64,000 nucleotides of DNA from the human T2T-CHM13v2.0 reference genome, Homo sapiens, in the NCBI RefSeq assembly GCF_009914755.1, contig NC_060930.1; one strand, written 5' to 3'. The position numbers and the translations under genes were made by a program. The notes under the pieces were generated by a model. The model had not been told where the DNA came from, made no database searches, and saw nothing but the letters and a program-made list of their open reading frames with translations. Of the stretch, positions 1 to 28,468 are shown one piece after another; position 1 is the stretch's first letter; the number at the start of each line of letters is the position of its first letter.

Positions 1-3000
1 ACCAGGCCTGCCTTGCAAGAGTTCCTGAAGCAAGCACTAAATAGGGAGAGGAAAAATCAGTACCAGCCACTGAAAAAAAACACACTAAACTACAAAGACC
101 AATGACATTATGAAGAAACTGGATTAACTAGTGTGCAAAATAACCAGCTGGCATCATGATGACAGGATCAAATTCACACATAACAATATTAACCTACAAT
201 GTAAATGGGCTAACTGCCTCAATTAAAAGATACAGACTGGAAAATTGGATAAAGAGTCAAGACGAATCAGTGTGCTGTATTCAAGAGACTCATCTCATAT
301 GCAAATATACACATAGGCTCAAAAAACAAACAAAAAAAAAGATAGAGGTAAATCTACCTAGCAAATGGAGAGCAGAAAAAAAGCAGGGGTTTCAACACCA
401 GTTTCTGACAAAACAGACTTTAAACCAACAAAGATCAAAAAAGACAAAGAAGGCCATTACATAATGGTAAAGGGATCAATTCAACAAGAAGAGCTAACTA
501 TCCGAAATATACATGCACCCAATATAGGAGCACCCAGTTTGATAAAACAAGTTTTTAGAGACCTAAAAGCGGCTTAGACTACCACACAATAATAGTGGGA
601 GACTTTAATACCCCACTGACAATATGAGACAGTGGGGTATTAACGAGACAGAAAATTAACAAGGATACTCAGGACTTGAACTCAGCTCTGGATCAAGAGG
701 ACCTAATAGATATCTACAGAACTCTCCACCCGAAAACAACAGAATATACATTCTTCTCAGTGCCACATGGCACTTACTTTAAAATCAACCACATAATTGG
801 AATTAAAATACTCCTCAGCAAATGCAAAAGAAATGAAATCATTATAGACAGTCTCTCAAACCACAGTGCAAAACTCAAGATTAAGAAACTCACCCAAAAC
901 CACACAAATACATCAAAATTGAACAACCTGCTCCTGAATGACTCCTAGGTAAATAATGAAAGTAAGGCAGAAATCAAGAATTTCTTTGAAGCCAATGAAA
1001 ACAAAAAGACAATGTACCAAAATCACTGGGATGCAGCTAAAGCAGTGTTAGGAGGGAAATTGATAGCACTAAATGCCCACATCAGGAAGCTAGAAAGATC
1101 TCAAATCGACACCATAACATCAAAACTAAAATAACTAGCGAATCAAGAGCAAACAAATACAAAAGCTAGAAGACAGGAAATAACTAAGAACAGAGCAGAA
1201 ATGAAGGAGAGACGGACATGAAAACCCTTCAGAAAAAATCAATGAATCCAGGAGCTGTTTTCTTGAAAAAATAAAATAGACCACTAGTTAGATTAATAAA
1301 GAAGAAAAGAGAGAAGAATCAAATAGATGCAATAAAAAATGAAAAAAGAGATATCACCACCAACCCCACAGAGTCAAACTACCATCAGAGAATACTACAA
1401 ACATCTCTGTGTAAATAAACTAGAAAATCTAGAAGAAATGGTTAAATTCCTGGACACATAAACCCTCCCAAGAAGAAGTCAAATCCTTGAATAGACCAAT
1501 AACAAGCTCTGAAATTGAGGCAGTAATAAATAGCCTAGCAACTAAAAAAAGCCAAGGACCAAATGGATTCACAGCCAAATTCTACCACAGGTACCAAGAG
1601 GAGCTGGTACCATTCCTGCTGAAACTATTCCTAACAATTAAAAGGAAGGGATTCCTTCCTAACTCATTTTATGAGGCCACCATCATCCTGATACCAAAGC
1701 CTGGCAGAGACACAACAAAAAAAGAAAACTTCAGGCCAATATCCCTAATGAACATCAGTGTGAAAATCCTCAACAAAATACTCACAAACCAAATCCAGCA
1801 GCACATCAAAAAGCTTATCCACCATGATCAAGCTGGCTTCATCCCTGGGATGCAAGGCTGGTTCAACATACACAAATCAATAAACATAATTCATCACGTA
1901 AACAGAACCAATGACAAAAATCATGATTACCTCAATAGATGCAGAAAAGACCTTCGATAAAATTCAACATCCCTTCATGCTAAAAACTCTCAATAAACTA
2001 GGTATTGATGGAACATATCTCAAAATAATAAGAGCTATTTATGACAAACTTACAGACAATATTATACTGAATGGACAAAAGCTAGAAGCACTCCCTTTCA
2101 AAACCAGCAAAAGACAAGGATGCCCTCTCTCACCACTCCTATTAAACATAGTATTGGAAGTTCTGGCCAAGGCAATCAGGCAATAGAAACAAATAAAGGG
2201 TATTCAAATAGGAAGAGAGGAAGTCAAATTGTCTCTGTTTGCAGATGACATGATCCTATATTTAGAAAACCCCATCGTGTCAGCCCAAAAGCTCCTTAAG
2301 CTGACAAGCAACTTTAGCAAAGTCCCAGTATATAAAATCAATGTGCAAAAATCAGAACCATTACTATACATCAACAACAGACAGAGAGCCAAATCATGAA
2401 TGAACTCCCATTCACAATTGCTACAAAAAGAATAAAATACCTAGGAATACAGCTAACAAGGGACGTGAAGGAACTCTTCAAAGTGAACTATAAGCCACTG
2501 CTCAAGGCAATAAGAGAGGACATAAACAAATGGAAAAACATTCTATCCTCATGGATAGCAAGAATCAACATTGTGAAAATGGCCATACTGCCCAAAGTAA
2601 ATCATAGATTCAATGCTATTCCCATCAAACTACCATTGACATTCTTCACAGAATTAGAAAAAAAACTACTTAAAAAAAATTCATATGGAACCAAAAAAGA
2701 AAAAAAAAGAGCCCATATAGCCAAGTCAATCCTAAACAAAAAGAACAAATCTGGAGGCATCATGCTACGTGACTTCAACTATACTAAAAGACTACAGTAA
2801 CCAAAACTGCATAGTACTGGTACAAAAACAGACATATAGACCAATGGAAAAGAATAGAGGCCTCAGAAATAAGACCACATCTACAACCATTTGATCTTTG
2901 ACAAACCTAACAAAAACAAGCAATGAAGAAAGGAATCCCTATCTAATAAATGGTGGTGGGAAAACTGGCTAATCATATGCAGAAAACTGAAAATGGAAGC

Positions 3001-4200
3001 CTTCCTTACACCTTATATAAAAATTAACTCAAAATGGATTAAAGACTTGAATGCAAAACTCAAAACCATAAAACCACAGAAGAAAACCTAGACAATACCA
3101 TTCAGGACATGGGCATGAGCAAAGATTTTATGATGAAATCGCAAAAAGCAATTGCAACAAAAGCTAAAACTGATAAATAAGATCTAATTAAACTAAAGAG
3201 CTTCTGCAAAGCAAAAGAAACTATTATCAGCATGAACAGGCAACCTGCAGAATGGGAGAAAATTTTTGCAATGTACCATCTGACAACATATAATACCCAG
3301 AATTTACAAGGAACTTAAACAAATTTACAAGAAAAAAATAAGCAACCCCATCAAAAAGTAGACATGAATGGACACTTCTCAAAAGAAGACATTTATGCAG
3401 CCAACAAACCTATGAAAAAAAGCTCAATATTAGTGATCATTAGAGAAATGCAAATCAAAACCACAATGAGATACCATCTCATGCCAGTTAGAATGGCAAT
3501 TATTAAAAAGTCAAGGAACAACAGATGCTAGAGTGGATGTGGAGAAATAGGAATGCTTTTACACTGTTGGTGGGAATGTAAATTAGTTCAACCACTTCTG
3601 ACAGTGTGGCAATTCCTCAAGGATCTAGACGCAGAAATATCATTTGAGTCAGCAATCCCACTACTGGGTATATACCCAAAGGAATATAAATCATTCTATT
3701 ATAAAGATACATGGACATGTATGTTTACTGCAGCACTATTCACAATAGCAAAGATGTGGAACCAACCCAAACGCCTATTAATTATAGACTGGATAAGAAA
3801 ATGTGGCACACATACACCATGGAATACTATGCAGCCATAAAAATGAATGAGCTCATGTCCTTTGCAGGCAGATGGATGAAGCTGGAAACCATCATCCTCA
3901 GCAAACTAACACGGAAACAAAAAACCAAATACCACATGTTCTCACTCATAAGTGGGAGATGAAAAATGAGAACACATGGACACAGAGAGGAGAACAACAC
4001 ACACCAGGGCCTGTCGGTGGGGAAGGGGCAAGGGGAGGGAGAGTGTCAGGACAAATAGATAATGCATGCAGGGCTTAATACCTAAGTGAGGTTGATATGT
4101 GCAGCAAACCATCATGGCACACATTTACCTATGTAACAAACATGCATGTTCTGCACATGTATCCTGGAACTTAAAAGTAAAATTAAAAAAAAAAAAAAAA
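1..4200 (+). mobile_element. LINE-1, older L1PA (roughly PA8-PA13); end of ORF1, degraded ORF2, 3'UTR and poly(A); 5' part lies outside the window
   Basis: ORF2 fragments (MTGSNSHITIL..., [16 protein letters not shown]) broken by many stops and frameshifts. 3'UTR with G-rich tract. A-tail ends at 4200. Confidence 0.92.
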
Positions 4201-4250
4201 GAATAGGACACTAAAATAACAATGTGCTCTTCTAAAAAAAAAAAAAGGTG

Positions 4251-10372
<6,122 letters not shown>

Positions 10373-10758
10373 AAGAAAATGTGGCACATATACACCATGG
10401 AATACTATGCAGCCATAAAAAAGTATGAGGTCATGTCCTTTGTAGGGACATGGATGAAGCTGGAAACCATCATTCTCAGCAAACTATCACAGGGACAGAA
10501 AACCAAACACTGCATGTTCTCACTCATAGGTGAGAACTGAACAATGAGAACACTTGGACACAGGGTGGGGAACATCACACACCGGGGCCTGTCGTGGGGT
10601 TGGGGGGGTTAGGGATAGCATTAAGAGATATACCTAATGTAAATGACGAGTTAATGGGTGCAGCACACCAACATGACACACATATACATATGTAAAAAAC
10701 CTGCACATTGTGCACATGTACCCTAGAACTTAAAGTATAATTTAAAAAAAAAAAAAAA
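10373..10758 (+). mobile_element. Second L1PA5-like 3' end, in tandem with the preceding L1
   Basis: Repeats 9992-10372 from aagaaaatgtggcacat through the 3'UTR to a new A15 tail. Confidence 0.92.
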
Positions 10759-10760
10759 GC

Positions 10761-11132
10761 TGTTGAATCAAGTTTGGCCTAAAACTGTCTGCTTATGCAT
10801 TTTAAGTTCAGCCTAAATGTTTCTCTGTACATAGTGAACTATAACCTTGATGGAAGTATAAACAGACTGTAACCTACTCTTGTGCCAATCACCACTGGCC
10901 AATTAAAGGGGGCCAACTGTTCAAACTGTGTTCAAATAATGCAAAACGGCAAGCTGTAACCAAAATGACTGTTTCTGTACCTCACTTCCATTTTCTGTGC
11001 ATCATTTTCCTGTTTCTGTTCATAAATCTTCTTCCACCATGTGGCTGTGCTGGAGTTTCTCTGAGCCTACTCTGGTTGAGGAGGCTGCTTGATTCACAAA
11101 GTGTTCTTTGCTCAATTAAACTCTGTTAAATT
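10761..11132 (+). mobile_element. ERV1 solo LTR, MER57A-like, 3'-truncated
   Basis: Starts TGttgaatcaagtttggcctaaa...; recognisable MER57 body. Stops 12 nt after ATTAAA with no terminal CA. Confidence 0.75.
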
Positions 11133-11158
11133 AAAACAAAACAAAACAAAACAAAAAA

Positions 11159-12502
<1,344 letters not shown>

Positions 12503-12947
12503 CAAGTTTTAAATGGACAAATGATATGGAAAGGAACATTACTATCAAGGAAATGGAAATAGCCAATAACCCTATTGCCACAGGAGCAATGAGATGCTCA
12601 AACTCAGTGAGATGACACATGAAATATGAATCAAATAAGTAAATATAAATCAAAACAAGATCTTTCATTCATTAGGTTGCCAAAACATTTACAAACTGAT
12701 TATGCAGTCCTGACAAGAATATAAAAAGGAGGGGATACCTCGTACTTCCCATAGACTGCTGGCAAGAAGGTAAAATTCAACTATTTTGAAAAGTAATCTG
12801 GCAGGATCTACAAGATATAAAATGTACAGGCCCTCTGACCCAGCAATATCACTTTCAGGACTATCTTACTAAAATTAAAAAGACTAGCAATATAAAGCAT
12901 TTGATAACCCATAAAATCTTTATTTTTCTTATTAATTAATCTAATGA

Positions 12948-13277
<330 letters not shown>

Positions 13278-14311
13278 TTATTCAAAGTAATTATTGCAAA
13301 AAAGTATTTGGTGATTATAGTTTATGAAAAAGTAAATGAGTAACAGAAACGATATAAGGGACAGAAGGGAGGAAATGACTTCTTATAAGGTCATTGCGCT
13401 AGATGTTAAGTGATACAGTGTTATTTGAAAGAGGACTAAATACAACTAAAACAATATAATTAGCAATTACAACTAATTCTGTTGTAAATGTATATTACAA
13501 ACTTAATAGCAACCATTAAAAAGAGTGACAAAAAAGTATAATTGATATACTAAGAGAGGAGATAAAATGAAATCACATAGAACGCTCAATCAAAGCCAGA
13601 TAAGGCAAAAAGAGTAGAACACAAAAAAAGGGCAAAAAATACAGTAAATATTAACCTAATTATATCAATAATTAATTGTTAATGTCATAAATACATCAAT
13701 AAAAGACTATCAAAGTAGATTAAAAGTCAAGACCCAACTACATGTTGTCTATAAAAATCCCACTTTACACTTTAAACATAAAGACGAAGATAAATTAAAA
13801 GGAAAAGGATGGAGGAAAGACATACCATGCTAACTATAATCAAAAGAAAGCTGGAGTAGCTGTATTAGTTTCAGACAAAGCAGACTGCAAAGCAAGGAAA
13901 ATTATCAAGGGTAAAAAGGAACATTAAATAACAATAAAGGGGTCAATTTTCCAAGAAGACATAACAATCCTTAATGTGTATGCACCTAACAACAAAGCAT
14001 CAAAATACTTAAATGAAAAACTGATAGAACTGCAGGGAGAAATAGATGAATTCACTAATATAGCTGGAGCTTTCAACATACCTCTATCAGTAATTGACAG
14101 ATTCAGCAGGATGTCAGTAAGGACAAAGTTGAACCAAACAGTACCATCAATCAGCTGAATATAATTGACATCCAACAATAGTAGAATATATATTATATAA
14201 GCTTACAGAGATAATTCACTAAGATGTCACTTTCTGGGCCATAAAACATAAAATACACTTTGAAAACTAGAAATTATATAAAGTGTGCTGTCAGATCTGT
14301 AAAAACACAAG

Positions 14312-14624
<313 letters not shown>

Positions 14625-16225
14625 TCAAAGAAATCTCAAGAGAAAATAAAAATATTTTGAACTAAATGAAAAATGAAGATACAACTTATCAAAACTATGA
14701 GATGTAGGAAAGATGTGGTTTAGAGGGAAATTTATAGCATTAAGTACAAATATAAAAGCACAAATATTATAAAAAAAGAAAAGAGCTAAAACGAATCATC
14801 TAAGCTTCCACCATAGAAAACTAGGAAGAGAAAATTAAATCCAAAGTAAGAAGAAATAAAAAATTAGAAGAGAAATCAATAAAATTAAAAACATGAAATC
14901 AATAGAGAAAAATCAACAAAACCAGAAGTTAGTTTTTTGAAAAGAACAGTAAAATTTATAAGCCTCTAGTCAGGTTAACTAAGAAAAAAAAAAAGAGAAG
15001 ACACAAATTACTAACATCAGAAGTGAAAGAGGAGCCATCACTACTCATTTCAATGATATTAACAGGATAAGGAAATATTATGAACAATTCTGTGCCCACA
15101 GATTTGATAATTTAGATAAATTCACCAATTCCTTGAAAGACATATTTTGCCAACATTCACATAAGAGCAAGTAGGCAATCTGAATAGGCCTCTGTTTATT
15201 AAATAAATTGAATGAATAACTAATAACCTTCCAAAATAGAAAACACCAGGCTAAAATTGGTTTGCTGGTGAATTTTATAAAATATTTTATGAAGAAATTA
15301 AACCAATTCTGTGTCATATCCTCCAGAAGATAGAAAGAATAACTTCTCATTTATTATAAGGTCACCATTCCAATAATACCAAAACCAGCCAAAGATTACA
15401 TATTCTACAGACTGATATATCTCATGAACATAGAGGCAAAAATCCTCAATAAATATTAGCAAATGAAAGCCAACAAAGTGTAAGAATGATTTATATATCA
15501 TGAACAAGTGGGATTTATTTCAGGTATGTAAAACTGGCTCAACATTTGAACATCAATTAATGTAATATCAACAAGCTAAATAAGAAAAAGAGCATTTATT
15601 GCAGTGTTATTTATGGAGAGAAAATTCCTAGACACAATCTGATGTTCACTAAGAGGGAAATGTTTGAATAAATTGTGGTACAGCTATACACAAAAGTGTA
15701 ATGCAGACATTAAAAATCATGTTTCATTCTGTATTCACCTAAGAAAATTCCCATAGTTATAAAATAAATCAAGCTGCAGGGTAATGTATAAAATATAATA
15801 CCATTTTTGTAAAGAGAAGATAAAATATGACTGTTTATATGTAGGTTTGTCTGATTATAAGCACAGAGAAAGTCTAGAAGTGTAAACACAAAAATATTAC
15901 CATTGGTTAAGTGAGAAAATAGGAACTAGAGGAGGAAGAAAAAATAGCTAGCTTCTTTGCACAACTTTGGTTTGACTTAATCATGTGTGACAAAAGTCTG
16001 TAAGTGAAAATACAAGGGAGCAGATAATGGGGGAGTAAGGAAACCCATCGAGAGTGAACTCTCCTATTCTTATTTTGAAATTACAGACGTCAAGTTCTAC
16101 TCTGGCTGCATAGTCCATAATCCTGGTTACTCCAGCTTTTTTAGATCATTTAATATATTATTAGCAGCTTGTCAGAAAACCAAACTATACCTGGAATAAT
16201 TATCCGGATTTAAAATAGCACATAC

Positions 16226-16350
16226 CTTTCTTCAGAAGAGTTCATATTTGCTCCATAAAGGAGTAAAATAAGCCCTTCTTCTACAGATGCAATTCTTGCC
16301 AAAATACCAGCTATATGAATTAAAGCTGTCTCAGAGCAATTTGGAGATGC
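16226..16350 (-). CDS. TBC1D32: TBC1D32 exon 15, 125 nt
   Basis: [41 protein letters not shown](S). Acceptor tgtacag|G, donor AAG|gtatgt. Confidence 0.93.
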
Positions 16351-18650
16351 CTGTACATTAAAAAGAAAACAAGACAAATCACATAATTTTATGACATGCT
16401 AACATATCACAGACTAAAATCCGAGGATTGTAAGTAGTCTTATAAAGTTATATTACAACAAAAAACAAGCTTAATGATTTGTTTGGCTGTGAAATAATAT
16501 GTCTGAAAAAAATGTGTTATTAGATTATATTCTTTTACCAGCCCAACTGATGAAGCAAATAAATACAGATTTTTTTTCACCCAAACTATTGAGAATTGCT
16601 GCTCTTGTTACAGTTTTATATATAATTCTGGTTGGCAAATGTAGTAGCTCTTGTATTTCCACTTTGCCCTTTATTTCCCACCCACTGGGCTCCTGAGTAT
16701 CCAATATAATTACATTATATATGGTATCTAACACACTGCCATCCCTTCTAAGGGTGTCATTCTCTTACACACATGTTTGCGTCATGAATGTACATCCAAC
16801 TAGGGATAGCCAATTCATGGGCTGGTCAATAGGCAATAATGTCACCTAATAAGAAAACAAAGACTGAACTAACCATATTTGCTCACTTTTGCTTTCAAAT
16901 GGAAGTACTAAAATACCTTTGCCAATATATTACAAAGCAGCACAAAGCACATACTGAAAACCAGAGAGCCATGTTAATGCTAGAGTGTATCTACAGTATT
17001 ATAATTCCTGCTCTTTGTGGGGTCTGCTTATTTACTTGTACCTGCATGGATGCCAACACACATATTATCTATAATACATTTGAAAACGTAAATGTTGCAA
17101 CCAACACATTCTAATAAATTTAGTGGGCTAGCCTAACTAATGATTAGTCAGGTATACTCACCTAAAGAAGTCCTAATTATTACTAATCATACTGTTTAGC
17201 ATGAATAGCACTATTCATACTACTTAGCACAAAAAGTATATCACTTTTCCTATTAAATATCTTTCTTAAAACAACTTCTCTCCTTAGAATACATTCCTTC
17301 TCTCACATGAGACTATATATATTCTCTCATGTCTATATAAATATAAACACAGTATTTTAAAACTTTCTATTCCTCATTTTAAATATTTTTTGTTTAAAGG
17401 TCTGTCTTGCCTATTACAGTAGGCTTCTTACAGGCAATAAACACGTATTATTCACTTCTATATTTGCAGTACCCAGCAGAGAGCTAATGATATAGTAGAG
17501 GTTCAATGGTTGATGCTGGATGTCTTAAACTAGATACTGAGTGTCCACTATGTGCCAGAGGGCTACTGTCAAGAATAAATAATTCAAACATAATGTAAGT
17601 ACAACTGCAGAATTACATAACATGGGAACACAGAGAAAAAACCCACCTAACTTTGCAAAGGAGAACTGGGAGGAAATTTCAAAGATAAACTCTAGTCTAA
17701 AGGGGAATTTTTCATATGGACCAAGCGTAAAATTTTCTAGGGTGAAGAAAAACCATACAAACACAAGGAGATATAATAACCTTATTTAGAAAGTGCAAAC
17801 TATCTATTATAACTGGACTATATAAGAAAGAAAGTAATTAGGGGACAGAAAACTTGGCATTTGCCAAGTTAACCTAGCAAGCAACAAGCAGAAAAGCATG
17901 TGACAGCCCATTGATGGGTGAACATAAGAGGAAGATGAAAACAGTAAAAACACCTCAAAATAGATATGAAAAAGCAAAAGCTTTTAACCTATTGATAAGC
18001 CTTAAAAATCACTGCCCAGAAGCTTAAGTCATACAAGTAGAGGGAGGTACTGAACAGACACCCAAACTAGTGACAATAGCAACTCTGCCACTTGTTAAAT
18101 GTCTGACCTAAAGCAAGTCACTTATTTCAGCCTCAGTTGTGATTATTAAATTATATAATGTAAGGGAATATATTGTGCAAACTGTAAAGAGACATACATC
18201 TGTTCAAATTGGAATTCTATATAAGTGTTCTCTCTAAAGTAGTTCTTCTTAATATAAAACAGAGTTGGTTACTAAGGAAAATAATCACATTTCCAAAACC
18301 TATAACAATGCCATAAAACAAGTAACAAAACATTTATGAGATTTATTAGATTTGCAAAACAAATAACTTCTTAATAGAATAACTTTTCTAAATTATTTGC
18401 ATCAGCAGATCTAGTCCAATTAAAAAAAAAATTAGATATTCTATGTTCTTTCCCTCTGCATATCATAATAAATCAATCAACTGCATAAGCTATAATTTAA
18501 TAATAAATAAAAATATATATCAACACAAAATACATTCATATATGGAAGGACAGCATAATAAAATATTTCAAATTTAGAAATAAAGTCCCACTGAGTATCC
18601 ACTAATACCCAGGTAAGAGACTCTTTTTCTCCTTAGTAAATAATACGAAC

Positions 18651-18793
18651 CTCATTTCCTTTCATTAAATTGTGAATAGGCTGAAGAAGTGTCTCTATTA
18701 CAATGTTGTTATATAAGCATTCCACTGCACATTCTTTTTGATCACTGAGTATCCACAGAACTTCAGTCACCATACTTGCAGGAGAGTAATTCT
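18651..18793 (-). CDS. TBC1D32: TBC1D32 exon 14, 143 nt
   Basis: (E)[47 protein letters not shown]. Acceptor ttattag|A, donor GAG|gttcgt. Confidence 0.92.
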
Positions 18794-19523
18794 CTAATAA
18801 ACAATAAATATTTTTTAATACCAAAACATTAAATACTTAGAACTATTTTATGTTAGCTGTTGTTGTTCCAAAAAGTTCAACATCAAAGTTAATTCAGTAC
18901 TTCAAAAGTCATACAACTCAATATCCAAAGGAAGATGTACTACCAAATTATAACCTGACTTAGGGGAATCTCAATTGGCTTAAAATAAAAAGTAAGCAAA
19001 TGACAACAAACATGAATGCCAAAAGACGAGAATACAAAATTATTTACTGTCCAACATTAAATTACTGCTTAATATTAAAGATTTGGTCTGAAGCAAATGT
19101 ACAGCTTTTTTCCTCCTAGAAAACATGTTTTTCTCCCTAGAATACACTTTTACCATACTCATATTTATTTTTTCTTAAATAATATACTCAAGTATTGAGC
19201 CTACAGGAAAATTACATTCAAACAAGAAAATGGGAAAAAGGAGGCAGAAGAGAATGGAAATTTCATAAACTTTTATAGACACTAGTATACTTCTTGTATT
19301 ACCATAAAGCCAGTGAAAACAAAGATCATTTTTTAGATTTTCTTTCAAAATATAGTATATACAGGAAAACACAATACACAAAAGTTTAACATGGTTGGAA
19401 TCATCACTGAATTAAATGATTTTCAGTTTCATAAATTGACAAATTTTCAGATATATAATCTAATATCCTCAAAACAATAGTTTTTAAGGTAAGATTGTCC
19501 TAGTAAGATACAACACTTTAGTA

Positions 19524-20381
19524 TTTAGACACTGTATGTCTATGCATTATTGGTGTGTTTTATTATTAAGTGTTTTACTTTGGAAACTATTCTAACTTAT
19601 GTTACAATATTCCATAGTCAATAAACACGCTGACTTCAGGTCAATATCTGACAAAAAGAAAATGGAAAAGGAAAGTTCAGTGATTTTTCAACCAGCTTCA
19701 AGTGAGAAACCCTGTTTACAAGGACAGATATTATTGATGAGTATATGGTCATTCTTTCACTCATCCAATCATCTTCTATTTATTAAGTGCCTAATACATA
19801 CCAGACACTGTACTAGGAACTAACTATGAACAGAAAAGTAAATAAGACAAAAACAGTCCACATCATGGTAAACCAATATATAAACAAGTATTTAGAACAA
19901 AGAAAGATGATTTTAATCATAAAAGATGTCTATGCTGTAAGAGTGTATAGTCAGAAGACCTAAGCTAGTTCTTTATACATGTAAATGCTGTAAAGACAGA
20001 AAAAAGTCTGAGAACCACTGTGAAGATCAATAGGCTAATATAATTGCTTGGATAAAAACTATTAGTTTCATATTTTTTTAAATAGATTCAGAAGGTACAT
20101 GTGTCAGCTTGTTACATGGATATACTGAATAATGGTGAGATTTGGGCTTCTGGTGTACCCGTCACCTGAACAGTGAACACTGTACTGAATAATAACCTAC
20201 CAGTTGATAGATATGTTATAGCACTAATATACATCCCAAACCATTTTTTTCTTTGATTCACTTGAGTTCGTCTCAGAATTTGTGTCAGCAATTCTAGGGT
20301 TATTTCCTAGTTTTAGAACACTGTATGTCTATGCACACTGGTGTGTTTTATTATTAAGTGTTTTACTTTGGAAACTATTCT
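19524..20381 (+). repeat. About 70-bp direct repeat pair (19524-19593 and 20312-20381)
   Basis: acactgtatgtctatgca...tggtgtgttttattattaagtgttttactttggaaactattct occurs twice with few differences. Confidence 0.9.
20073..20191 (-). mobile_element. Short L1 3'-end fragment (L1PA16/L1PB-like)
   Basis: T-tract followed by gtacatgtg...gttacatggatatactg...gtacccgtcacc, the reverse complement of an L1 3'UTR end. Confidence 0.7.
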
Positions 20382-20924
20382 TGATACTCAAAGGAAAAAT
20401 ATAAGTTATTTAGAACATTTTTAAAAGCTAGTCAACAGCCATAAAACTAAAAGGCATTTTTCTGAAAAACATGAACGGTTTTTTCTTTATTCTTCAATAA
20501 AAGAAGACCCTGAAAAGATTGGAGTTTTGGATGTAAGCCAAAACAAGTGAGTTGATCAAAACATTTTAGAAAGTATAAAGAATGGAAAATAACAGGAAAA
20601 AAAAATCACATTATGACCTATCATCAAATATCCCCCAGTATCATGTCTTGAGAACATTTTGATCTTAATAAAGAACATCATTAAAATTCTCACTGATACT
20701 GATTCTAAATAAAAAGAGTAGTAGAGTGGAAACATCTTAAAACATCAGTGAACAAAATTAAATTTCATGGCTTACTTCAGGACCAATGTAATTTCTCTTA
20801 ATACTGTATCTTAATGAAACCTACTTACCAAAGTAGGTCAGGCACTCAAAACATCTAGACAATAGAATACTTAAATATTTTTAGATGTTTTATATTTCTC
20901 TATTTAAAATAGAAACAGAATTAC

Positions 20925-21017
20925 CTGAATGGGCAGCTGATGTCATCTTTGGACAACTTGGTGAGTAATAGATAAGTTGGGTAAAAAGAACAAGCAGATC
21001 TATGAGGGATACCAAAC
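20925..21017 (-). CDS. TBC1D32: TBC1D32 exon 13, 93 nt
   Basis: (G)[30 protein letters not shown](E). Acceptor ttttaaag|G, donor CAG|gtaatt. Confidence 0.93.
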
Positions 21018-21396
21018 CTTTAAAAAGAAAATAAAGAGAAAATTAATTTCTAGCATATTCTTTCAACTTAAGAGAAATTTAACTGAGCTTTCATCCATCT
21101 ATATAGTTGAGGTTTTGTACAGACTACGAGGCAATCAGGAAGAAGGGAGCTATAATCTCAGATAGAAGACTCCATAACAAATTACATACAAATTAAAACA
21201 CGGCAAGGCAAGCAATGCTGTAGGTGCTATGTAAAGGTACAGTTTTACCACTTATTTCGAACCAATCACTTAAGATAAACCTATGCTAGGAAGATGTATG
21301 AATCTGATTAAGGCTATTTGAGTTTATTCAATTAGGAGTAGTAAAATTCAGCTTACCAAGTTGGTCCAGCTAACTTATCTACACAAAACTGTAGAA

Positions 21397-21709
21397 CAGG
21401 GCTTAGCAAACTTTCTCTTTAAAGGACTCCAGAGTAAATATTTTAGATTTTGTGGCCAAATGGTCTCTGTCACAAATACTCAAGTCTGCCATGGTAGCAC
21501 TAAGTATATGTAGATGATATGCAAATGAATGAGTATGGCTATTTTCCAATAAAACTTTGTGTGCACTAAAATTTAATGTATATTTCTTACATATCACAAA
21601 ACACCCTTTTCTGAACAATTTAAAAAGATAAAAACCATTCTTAGCTCACAACTGTACAAACAAGATAGTGGACCAAATGTGGCCCATAGACAAAATTTAT
21701 CAACTCTTG
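21397..21709 (-). mobile_element. MER58B-like hAT-Charlie DNA transposon
   Basis: cagg...cttg termini, degenerate 8-bp TSD ctgtagaa/ctatagag. Confidence 0.75.
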
Positions 21710-22261
21710 CTATAGAGGCTTACATTAAAAGAGTCTGGTGAAATCACATGTGAAACTTAAAGGTGAAAGTTGACCTATGCTAATATAGTAGAATAAACCA
21801 CTACAAACTCAATTTTCAGGTGGTCTATAATATCTGGTAGGCCAAAATGTAGATGTTAAAAGTCAATATAAAATGATAAATAAATTATAGACATATAAAT
21901 GTAAGCTGAATACTGCATCAACATCACAAGTATACATTAGTATATTTCTGTAAAGTTCAACAGTATCCTATAAAATAATAGCTTTTTTATTAAAAGTCAA
22001 TTATCTACTGAGTGCTCATTATGCATAGAATTATGTGGCACTACCATGGGAACTACAAGAGATGTATATAAGGCAATGTCTTTTCTCAAGGAGCTCACAA
22101 TCAATGAGAAGAAAAGATTTAGAGAAATAAAAAAGCTACAAAACAGTATAAAAGAGTATTCAAAATAAATATACTGTGTAACGGGGTCAGCAAACTATAG
22201 CCATTGTGGGCTGATTTCATAAGGCTCACAAGATAAGAATGGATTTCACATTTTTTAAATG

Positions 22262-28468
<6,207 letters not shown>

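Noticed and set aside
16189-16225. Alternative exon 15 donor CAG|gtatag 35 nt downstream
   Set aside because: Weaker than the AAG|gtatgt site and frameshifting. No supporting evidence in the sequence.
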